Source: Octopus bimaculoides (lineage: Eukaryota). From it: 32,618 bases of DNA. The stretch is taken from the NCBI RefSeq assembly GCF_001194135.2, contig NC_068982.1, positions 90,727,279-90,759,896 on the forward strand, read 5' to 3'. Of this stretch, positions 22,623-32,618 are shown in pieces. Position 1 is the first letter of the stretch; the number at the start of each line of letters is the position of its first letter. The notes under the pieces were generated by a model, which saw nothing but the letters and a program-made list of their open reading frames with translations, did no database searches and was not told the origin of the DNA. Made by a program: the position numbers and the translations under genes.

Positions 22623-23044
22623 TTCGCATATATATATATATATATATNNNNNNNNNNNNNNNNNNNNNNNNNNNNNNNNNNNNNNNNNNNNNNNNNNNNN
22701 NNNNNNNNNNNNNNNNNNNNNNNNNNNNNNNNNNNNNNNNNNNNNNNNNNNNNNNNNNNNNNNNNNNNNNNNNNNNNNNNNNNNNNNNNNNNNNNNNNNN
22801 NNNNNNNNNNNNNNNNNNNNNNNNNNNNNNNNNNNNTATATATACATATGTATGTATGTATGTATGTGTGTATGTATACGTATATGAATATATTTCTATA
22901 TATACGTACGTGAGGCTTAAGATGTCATACTTAAGGTTGAACAGGGATTTCGTGATTGCCAAGGTAACTGCTAAACCACTCGGCTATGGTTGGTTTGATA
23001 TTCTTTTATTGTTTTATTCTTAATTTGTTTCCGTTATTAGTCGA

Positions 23045-23286
23045 AACTTATTTGCTGAAACGCTAGGTTACAGGTATATAAACAAACTGACACTGGTTGC
23101 CAAGCGGTGCGAGAAATAAACAATAAAATACACGCGCACACACTCAACACAGTTTCCATCTACAATATTCACAAGTCATCGGTCGGCTCGAGTCTATAGT
23201 AGAAACACTTGCCCAAGGTGCTGCATAGTGGAACGGAATCCTAAGTCACGTGGTTGCAATGTGAGCTTCTCAACAACACAATCATG
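23045..23286 (-). mobile_element. SINE family A (decayed)
   Basis: The reverse complement contains GAAGCTCAC..AACCACGTG..GCACCTTGGGCAAGTGTTTCTACTATAGAC..GCCGACC..TGTAGATGGAAAC..CGCTTGGCAACC. Confidence 0.75.
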
Positions 23287-23559
23287 TCTTCTCCTTAATA
23301 AGTATTTTTGCTGCTTTGCTCTTCTTTCCAAGAGCCCGGAGCAAATGAACTAAATACCAGCAAATTGCTGAAATTTTTTCAATCATATGTACCTATTTCC
23401 TATTTGTAACATTTTGTTGAAAGTAGAAATCTCTATTATTAGGGTTTTATTCTCATCCATGTGCTGAAGTTTTTAAAACTAATTGCCAATTTATACATCA
23501 TTCGGTTTTACAACTTTCACAGCTCCAATGATTTATATTTTCTACTTTGTTCATCGAAT

Positions 23560-23615
23560 ACACACGAACATACACATACGTATACAGACACACGCATTTG
23601 TATATGCATATATAA

Positions 23616-23694
<79 letters not shown>

Positions 23695-23782
23695 TAAACA
23701 CCTACGTATGCATGCACTCTTTTTCTCTCACACACACAAACGTACGCCTCCATGGACACAAAAACGTATGCACACGCACACG

Positions 23783-23822
<40 letters not shown>
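23560..23822. repeat. Compound (CA)n/(TA)n microsatellites
   Basis: Directly visible. Confidence 0.9.
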
Positions 23823-23825
<3 letters not shown>

Positions 23826-24061
23826 GTATATTTGAATACCAATGTCTTGCAAGTTGTCATATTTTTCCGCTGCAGAACTTGTATGATTCCAAAGCAGACA
23901 GCGTGAAAACATCATTGGGGAATAACTGACAAGCAAATAATCAAATGCTAATGGCCTATTGTATTGTGTTTCTAACATCATGGTTATTACATCACATGAC
24001 ATTCTCAATTTTTCGCAAACCAAGACTAGGTTACATAAATTTATATATATANNNNNNNNNN

Positions 24062-24100
<39 letters not shown>

Positions 24101-25303
24101 TGTGTGTTACTCGAATTGTGGGACATTCTCTCCCTGTACACTGAAATGAAAATCACAACGATTTCGCTTCCTCCAGTGCTGTTCCGTCCAGCCATATCGA
24201 GTAGTATTGAATCGACTGTGAAAAGTCCCAACTCATTTTCCTTAGGCTGTAGCAGGCTTTTCTTGCTTCTTCAGTTATCGTAGAAACTTTACAGGGTAGT
24301 TATATGCAGTACATGCAGGAAACAAAGATTAGAGGCATATCTCAACTTACGTCATTTTGTTAAAACATTACCGAAAAATCAAAACTCGGCTTCCGTTAAT
24401 TTACATCGGTCTCACTGAACATATTTAAAAGTATGTAAATATTCAAAACACCTAAACACCAACACTGAAGTGGAAAATCATATAAAATACTTGGGAAAAT
24501 AAGTATAAATCATTTATTGAAACAGTTATGAAATAATAAATAGCTTTTTAATGGGGTTTTTTTATGTTCAATCATTCTTAGAGTTAAGTTGCGTGGAACT
24601 AAATAACGCATTTGATAACATAGTCAAAAGTGCAATATGTTTAAAATAACACGTGATCGTCGTGGCTGGAATTTATACTTTAATTATGTGTCTTCCTGAC
24701 CATGGCTAAGCTGAGTACGAATAGCTACTACAACAATCTATCTGCATTTACTTTGTTCTTTTACAAAATAAAAATATTTCAGATTTCGTTTGTACAATGA
24801 AAATCCTTTTGACAACAAGAATTAGCGGTGCTGGTTGATCTCCGTTGTTCGACAATGAGAATTCAGTTGTTTAGTAAACTGAATTACCTATTCCTGAGTT
24901 AACGTATATGTAGCTGAACATTCCACAAGCATGTATACTCTTAATGTAATTCCTAGGCAGAATCAATGTGACACAGTTTCCATCGACACAATTTCACTCA
25001 CAAGATATGAGCCAACGTGTAGCAGTAGGAAACTGACAATTATCTAGGGTGCTTTATTAGCATCAAATACGGAACTTCGTCGTTGTAAAGCGACTGCTAC
25101 GCATTCGACCATACAACGCCTAACAAGTACTTGTTAGAGGCTTCTCGTTCTATCTTCATAAGATCTTATTTTGGAATAATAAGTAGGACGCGAAATCATA
25201 AGACGTCATCACTAGGAATGTGCCTTAAACCAATGCAAACTTTTCGGTGACGAAACTGCCTGTGACGTCGTGTTAATTTATTGTAGCTGCACCCGGTGCC
25301 ACA

Positions 25304-25305
<2 letters not shown>

Positions 25306-25374
<69 letters not shown>

Positions 25375-25401
25375 NNNNNNNNNNAAGATGATGATGGCAA
25401 C

Positions 25402-25443
<42 letters not shown>

Positions 25444-25445
25444 CA
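25306..25445. repeat. (CA)n, 10-N gap, (GAT)n
   Basis: Directly visible. Confidence 0.9.
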
Positions 25446-26212
25446 GGAAGAGGAGGAGGTGGTGGATCGTGGTAGTGGAAGGGGATGGGGCGGATATGGA
25501 AAATGTTCCCTTCCGATGACGGCAAATGGTTACTCCGTAATAAAGGGTATAATTCGATTCATAAAAGCTAATTGTAACTAAATAGAAAACAGAATTGAGA
25601 AAAATTTGCTAAAACACCTCATAATTGAAAGAAATTGCATAAAACTAACATAATTAATGAAAACAAATTTGAAATTTAGTTAAATGATAATGACTGACAG
25701 ACTCTCGTCTGAGCCAGGAAATACGTCTTTCTCACTCACCTCCCGAATTAGGATACAGATATTAACTTTTCGTCGTTCCTGTGGGGTTAATGCCACCCCC
25801 TGTATGTTTTGCACTTTCTTCAGTATCACATCCAAGCCATTTGCTAACCACGAACACATAGCTTCAATACCCACAAGTTTAGCGGTGAAACATAGTTGGA
25901 TAGATCAATTTACATATTTAAGCAATGTGTTTGTGTATAGTTAACGGGATGAATGTGATCTTGATAAAAACGCAATGACTCTTGAAATATGCATATATAC
26001 ACCCATTACCTGTTTTTATATCTTCGGCCGTAATTTTTGTATAGATGTATTCGTGTAGGAAACGTCGTAACTTTATCTATAGAGATAAAATCAAAAGTGA
26101 GAACATAACACTGCTAAAATAAATGTATGGCACAATACTGACTTGTAGACCTTGCACATAATCGGTAGTATATTATGCTTGCAAAACGAAATGTTGTTTG
26201 CTTACCGGCAAG

Positions 26213-26215
<3 letters not shown>

Positions 26216-26252
<37 letters not shown>
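26216..26252. repeat. (TA)n microsatellite
   Basis: Directly visible. Confidence 0.95.
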
Positions 26253-26256
<4 letters not shown>

Positions 26257-26474
26257 CAGGCAAAAACACACACATACACTGAACAAAGAAGGGGCGAAAG
26301 AACGCAAACAAACAAAAAGGCTATTATTCAGGATGAAAATTACTATGTTTGACATTCAGAGAAACTTAATTATGATGATTCGCATGTGTCCCTCCGTCTG
26401 AATAAAGTGTAGAGTAGACAATGATAGGAAAAAGAGAAATAAATAAAAATACTGTCGATGCTAAGAATATTAAA

Positions 26475-26979
26475 ATGTATGTATGTTTGTTATGTGTCAT
26501 TATTCAATGTGTTTCAAGATTTCTTGCCAATAGAAAATGAACCAGTTTCTAACTTAGATCCAAGGCTCCTTCATTGGAATTTCAACATCAACAACAGGGT
26601 ATTTTTGTTTGTATGCATGTATGTGCAGATTTGTATATTTTATAAATGTATTCTCATGCATATAGTTGCATATCTAGACATGCTCATATATATTTAAATG
26701 ATAAACTTCTGGAAAGTTTTACAGATTTTTACAGTTCCAGTGATGGATTGCATCCGTAATCATCGAATTAGTTTTCTCCTTTCTGGTCTGAGAAGCCTAA
26801 TTTCTCAAGATTGGTATCTAGGCTGTAAGTTACATATCCCAGGGCCTCAAGCATTACAGGTACAAACATGAACTTGTAATCTGGATAGAATAACTGCAGA
26901 TTTCTCAATAGTTCAGCATAGGTGTTCTCGTTTTCACTGATCTTCAGCTTTATGTTAACATCCACTGAGCAGCTAATTT

Positions 26980-26982
<3 letters not shown>
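26475..26982 (-). mobile_element. 3' end of an RLE-type non-LTR retrotransposon (R4/Dong-like); coding relic ~26694-26982 plus 3' UTR
   Basis: VEISCSVDVNIKLKISENENTYAELLRNLQLFYPDYKFMFVPVMLEALGYV..LEKLGF, then after a frameshift RRKLIR*LRMQSITGTVKICKTFQKFII*. This matches the restriction-like endonuclease C-terminus (E..CP.D.N...K..EK..KY..L..P...GALG). The 3' end runs into TACA repeats; the UTR boundary is approximate. Confidence 0.8.
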
Positions 26983-27062
<80 letters not shown>

Positions 27063-27088
27063 CGTGCGTGTGTGTGTGTGTGTGTGTG
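26981..27088. repeat. Inverted microsatellite (CA)20-C|G-(TG)18 plus further TG repeats
   Basis: Directly visible; the centre of symmetry is between 27021 and 27022. Confidence 0.95.
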
Positions 27089-27515
27089 TCTATGTATGTA
27101 TGCATATATGTATGTAAACAGAGTTTCGAAAATTTCGAGAACTCGAAGGATTTTGTATTTCGGGAATTTCAAATTTTCCTGATTTTCGTGAATAATGCAG
27201 TGATAGACAGATCAATTTTCATAGTATTTTCATCGTTGTATCATCAGGCTTTATCAATCAAAATGAGGAGATAACAAATTCAATAAATCAATACTTGACA
27301 AAAGTGTAAACACAGTTTTCATTATCAAGGAAGGGGCAAGAAATGTTGTTTGAATTCCTGTTTTAAAATGAACATCGGGAAAGAAAAATAGATTAAACAA
27401 ATGAGAGCAGCAGTCATTTTATACATATTGATTATTTTAACTTAATAACAAAACACTTTCGTATAAAGTACAAATTACAAAATAACAAATAAATATTTAT
27501 TTATTCATTATTGTA

Positions 27516-27990
27516 TCATCTGCAGCACAGTTTGTAGATAGAACACATGTAGCTGTTATTGCATCTACTGCACCCGTTCACGCTTGTATTGCTTTTTTTT
27601 TTCTACAAGGTAGTATACCTTCGTATATTTCCATGTTTACGACCTTCTTGTGTCACAAGGTTGTTCTGAACTATGTGTTCATGCATGATGTCTTGGAAAA
27701 TGAAGCTGTGGTTTGGTTTCACATGTTTCATAAACAATACAATGCAATTTGATGCAGTAGGCAAAGACATCAACATTGTCGCCTTCTTCACCAGATTCTT
27801 TTAAATAATTCTCTTCTGTCTTCTGAGAAGTGAATTATTATGTTGTGTGATTACTTGGCCAGTTTTATCCACGCGTCTATGTCAGCAATATTAAGTTTAT
27901 ATAGGTTGACTTCGAGAGATAATTCGACACTTTCCATCTGTTCTTGTACTTTGTACAACCTCTACTTTTCATATAATCCTTCAAAAAGTC
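27516..27990 (-). pseudogene. Possible piggyBac-like transposase C-terminal relic
   Basis: Frameshifted traces LYKLNIADIDAWIK..SHN..DRRELFKRIW and terminal NTSVNGCSRCNNSYMC..CC resemble piggyBac INIACINSFII..SRKKF..L and its Cys-rich tail. No TIR or TTAA was found. Confidence 0.35.
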
Positions 27991-30273
27991 TTTGTCTTGA
28001 TCGCACTCGATAGCTACAAAATCACTTTCTACCGTAACTTTTGCTACGCACTTTGCAGTCACTCATTGCAGTCACGAAGATAAATGAGGCTGAAATTCTC
28101 AAAGCTTAACATCCCTACTCACTATATTTCAAATAAAATCATTTTATGGTAACATTCAAAGTTTCTAATGATTTCTTTATCTTTGACTGAACCAGTGATA
28201 TTACATTTTGTGGTACGGAGCAAGCGTTAATACTTCCCACATCAGACGCTAATCTTGATTTTCACAGGTGGGATTTACAGTAGTCGAGAGATAGTAAAAA
28301 CTTTATATTTCCCAAAGTTTCGATGAACTGATGGACTGGAACAATGAACGAACCAATCACAAAATATACTTCTGCTTTCTAAGCATTATTACTGCTTGAA
28401 TTACAGACAAGTACACAATTCCGTTAGCACTTAATGGGCACCGAAATTTGTCTCAAACCAAAAGTTTAATTTTAAGCTAATCAATGATTGATCTTTAGTT
28501 AACATTGCAGAATCTCATTCTTGGTTTCTGTCCAAAATTCTTGTAAGACAACACTTTCACTTAGCTTTTATTTTCACCAAAATTATAACTTTGATCTCCG
28601 GTGAGAACATACCCAGTTAGAATTTTCTTTAGTTGTTGCCTATATTTTGTTGTTACATGTGTATCAACTGACTTTCCTCAGTAATATCTAACTGTCAAAT
28701 GCCATGACAAATTTTGGAATTCTTGAGCTGCCTATCTGTATATGTACACTCAGATTCAATGTTCAAAAGCCCCTTAAATACTTTTACAAGGATCGACACT
28801 GAAACTACACTATGTTCTAATTATTTAAAGTATATCATGCAATATGTTATCAGATTATTCTACTGCTGAGCGATACATGATTTTGTTTTCGGCAATTTTT
28901 TTCCCAAGCTCAGAGGAAGCTGTAAATTCTAGAATTTACAATTTTCATTTGTTTTATATATCATAAATTGTAGCCTTTCTTGTGTGATATTTAGGATATG
29001 TGATATTTATGTGATATTCTAGTTTCATAGGTATTGCAAGTGCATCAACTCAATTTCAAACGTGTTCTTTCCCTTCACATAACGAATCTTATCTACTTTA
29101 GAAGCCATTATTTATGGGCGTGTAAATACATGTAAATACATGCAAGATATGGTTAAGAGAAAGAGAAGACACAAAATGTCATACTCTGCTACATTTTGTA
29201 CGTTTTACAATGACATCTGCTTGATTTCCTGTTGTTGCTGCTCGATTGTGGTGCTCATGCATGCATGTACACTCAAAAGCTTGCTAAATTGATACAGAAG
29301 TGTTAGGTTCCGGGATCATAGACACCCTAATGCCGGTTGTCAAGCGTTGTGTATAGGAAGTGTTATTCTCATATCTCAAATACCATATTTATATATCTCA
29401 ATAGTTTACGCCAAACAGAGTTTAATTTACACTAAATTGTATGTTGACTGCAACATTGTAGCAAAATTCATTGATTTACACTGCTCGATTCAATTCTAGT
29501 GCAGGGAAATCCAAAAACGAAATCTAGATAGTACCAAGATAGGAAAGGGCGACGTGTTCCAAATTCAGTTATGATATCACTAAGTCGATTTCGACAAAAA
29601 AAATGAATATAATACTAAGATCTTTATTGTTTGGCTGCTTCTTTCCAATTTCTTCAATTTTATTCCAATTGATTTCATATTTGGTGCAATGATATAGTTT
29701 TGTATGGCAATTATTGACAGGAAATTCACCGTAAATCAATAAATAAAGCGTTAATAGCTTTTAAAGTTTGCAAATCCTGGGTAATTTTAGCCAATCGAAA
29801 CATATAGGTGTCTGTTTCGATGCTAACAAACTAAGCCGTTACGAAGCTTCTTACCCCTCTCTTGCTGTCCTTTCCACCACGTTGTCATTTTTCGCTTATT
29901 AAATGCTTGAAACACATGAGGTATAAGGTGGTCATGAGATGTGCTAAAAGTAACAGCTAAATAGGCCTTAAATCAAGCATCAATTGTTTCTTTTGGTTTT
30001 TGCATAATCGATGAATTCCCGCGTGTAGAATATAAATTCGCAAAATTTTCCGAAACGTCCATAAACTAAAAAAGTTATGAGGGCTTATATGGGGTACATA
30101 AAGCAGAATTCCGCCAACATTTCATTTGTTTATAGTTTGATATCAAAACACGCAATGTTGGCAGCACGAGCAGTCACGTACAAAGTGACAACCTCTAAAT
30201 CCTATTTTTTTTACTGTGTAAAAGTTATGAAACTTTAAACCTCTGTAACCTTTTTTTAAAATGTTTCTGAAAT

Positions 30274-30324
30274 AAGTATATTAGGCCCTGAGATTCAGTG
30301 TGAATCTCAGGGCCTAATGTACTT
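30274..30324. repeat. 24-bp-arm hairpin with a 3-nt loop
   Basis: TTAGGCCCTGAGATTCA-GTG-TGAATCTCAGGGCCTAA is perfect over 17 bp and extends to 24 bp with one G:T pair. Confidence 0.95.
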
Positions 30325-30831
30325 GCATCACCCAATCTGAAAGTTTTCACTTAATCTTAAAATTTCAAGAAATGCATCCAAACAGTAATGGTCCTAGTAC
30401 TAAAAATAAGAAGGTTGATGGTTATATAAGTAGCTTATAATTCTGAGGAAAAAATTAACTTTTTGAATAGTTTTGGTATTTCTTCCTGTCTTCACAGAGG
30501 TAGTGAGAGAAAAAGGGTTTTGGAATGTACATCTGGAAAAAGATTGTAGATGGCAACTTTAGAGAAGCACAGGCAAATGTAGCGATACAAGAAACCCTCC
30601 AGCAGGTAGTGTTTGAAGACTGTTAGAAAATCAACGAGCTACTTACTGAAATATTTACCTCCTATTTTTTTCAGCGTTTCTCCTGGCACAATCAATCGCT
30701 GACGGGGAGGTGAATCACTGCTGTCTCTACCGGTCGAGTGTCAATCATTGACAAAGCCAAACAAGGTCGAAATCACATTATCTGGTGGTCCCGGTGCTGG
30801 AGGTAGCGGGTATTTATCTCCCTGCTAGCGA

Positions 30832-30893
30832 TATAAAAGAAGAGTGCATTTTTCACAGAAAACGTCAAAGCGAGAATTTCTCTCATGGTAAAT
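30832..30893 (+). promoter_or_regulatory. Candidate Pol II core promoter: TATA box, short 5' UTR, ATG and splice donor
   Basis: TATAAAAG at 30832-30839, TCA initiator-like triplets 21-35 nt downstream, and ATG at 30885-30887 immediately followed by GTAAAT. Motif evidence only. Confidence 0.35.
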
Positions 30894-31753
30894 ACTGCAG
30901 TAAAGTTTGTTCTAATAAGTCATTCACATTTAAGTGAGGATAAATAGTACCTTGCGTCTACTGCTCCATGACTTTAAATTTCATCCAGTAGGCCTTGTTC
31001 GGGGAGTTTCGAGATCTTGAGGAGTATGGAACCACGTCTTAGATACTTTTGTTCCCAAGTCACCTGTGACTCCGAATAAAAGCCCCTTTAGTGTACCAGC
31101 TACGGCTTAATTAGCATGTCACAGAATTTCCCTTGGAACAAAGTCATCCACAGACACCACAATGGCCCCAGGGCAGACGAAGTCCTTCTGCCCTTCTTTA
31201 ACTGCTTATCTAAGATAATATAACTGTATATGAATCTTGCATCCTGATTACTATTGGACTCGTGACAATTGTTGCACCAAACTAATACAAGTCTAAAGGA
31301 TGAAAGAGTAGGATCCGATCTGCACAAACCATGCCCATTCCAATAATAAACTGCTGCTATATTGTGAGGTAATTTACTATGCTTAATAAAGGATAAAGGT
31401 GTAAACCCCTACAGAAAATCCGGAAGAATGGACCCAAAGGCAGATGTGTACGGTTATACTTAACTAACCTTGTGGCGACCCTTGTGCTCCATTGATGTTG
31501 CGAACGCATTGATTTGCCTTTCTTTCGTATCTATAAGTAGAGAGATGCTGAGTATATTTTGGACAAGGAACTTACTTCTGAAAATATCCCAGCAACAGCA
31601 AAGGCGGTTAAGTTGCCGTTTCTGCAACATCGTCAACCGAAACGTAAAAGGCCAAAAAAGTAGAACTAAAGCATCGAATTCGACTTTTAGCAGTCAAGAA
31701 AAAACTGCAGTGACTTGTCTATAGTATAATACTCTGTCAGTAAAAGGAATATG

Positions 31754-31781
31754 TACATACATACATACATACATACATACA

Positions 31782-31812
<31 letters not shown>
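31754..31812. repeat. (TACA)n microsatellite
   Basis: Directly visible. Confidence 0.95.
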
Positions 31813-31815
<3 letters not shown>

Positions 31816-32519
31816 ATACACACAAACACACAAATATTTCTTCGGTGCACACATACACTGATGTGTAAGTCATAGGATAATCCAATCCGCATATCCATCC
31901 TAAAAGAGTTAGGAAACTATAATCGCCTTCCATAAATATTTTGAAGAAGCCAAATATTTTTCTTTCTTTCCCATTTATATTTTCCTAATAATGGATCGCT
32001 TAAGTAGCCGCCATCTTCCTGAAAATGACGAGCATTATTTTATTCGTCCCTCACCCATAATCGATCCATCAATAAAAATATAAATAAAAATCAATCAACC
32101 GTCAGTAAATGGTGAAAACGATTACATTCTCATTCTATAAACAAAATCGATCTTTACAGACCCATTAAACGGGAAAAATCACGAAATTTCTGATGAACAC
32201 GAATGCCTTGCTGCTTATATATACGAGTGATTTTCTCTTATATTTTTTAACATTAGCTGGTTAAGTTTGCTTAAATCCACCAGCTTTTTCCTCGTTATTT
32301 CAACAGCACAATACATCGCAATGATTTCAATATAATATATGCTCAAAGCCTTTTTAGATGCCATGAATAGGAGATCCATAAAAATAATCCGTGTATCGGT
32401 GTGCCGATATATTTATGAAGAATTTTTATGGAAAAATGAACACACACACATACACTTATCTTCATATAAATACGTACTTCTACATTGAGATATACAGTTT
32501 TTTTTATAAACATATGTAT

Positions 32520-32565
32520 ATACTTACACACACACGCATATATGTATGTGTGTATGTGTGTGTGT

Positions 32566-32618
<53 letters not shown>
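32520..32618. repeat. Compound CA/TG/TA microsatellite at the window end
   Basis: Directly visible. Confidence 0.9.

Noticed and set aside
25680-25874. 64-aa ORF with a strong AG|GTGAGT donor on the minus strand
   Set aside because: Weak acceptor and no recognisable protein; a single donor motif is expected by chance.
26540-26585. CCAATGAAGG..GAAAC in the retroelement 3' UTR (minus strand)
   Set aside because: The core deviates from CUGANGA and there is no convincing stem II.
1-32618. CRISPR arrays, rRNA genes, prokaryotic or viral operons
   Set aside because: No repeat-spacer arrays, no rRNA-like sequence and no dense ORF organisation; the sequence is eukaryotic and repeat-rich.

Overview
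AT-rich, microsatellite-dense eukaryotic DNA with four N-gaps. It is most likely intronic or intergenic sequence from an octopod cephalopod, inferred from the SINE families and repeat style. No host protein-coding gene can be called with confidence, and most ORF-track entries are microsatellite or N-gap artefacts. The window is mainly transposon relics: a non-autonomous Helitron (255-1385), a Penelope-like GIY-YIG 3' relic (1779-2488), three mariner elements of different subfamilies plus a mariner MITE, an R4/Dong-like restriction-endonuclease retrotransposon 3' end, a possible piggyBac relic and many tRNA-derived SINE copies. The most unusual object is a ~630-bp palindrome (13693-14321). Each arm carries an outward-facing tRNA-derived Pol III-type head, a (TAA)n tract and a minimal Penelope-type hammerhead ribozyme motif, with an apparent compensatory base-pair change between the two hammerheads. 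Near the right end there is a possible TATA promoter with an ATG-only first exon (30832-30893).
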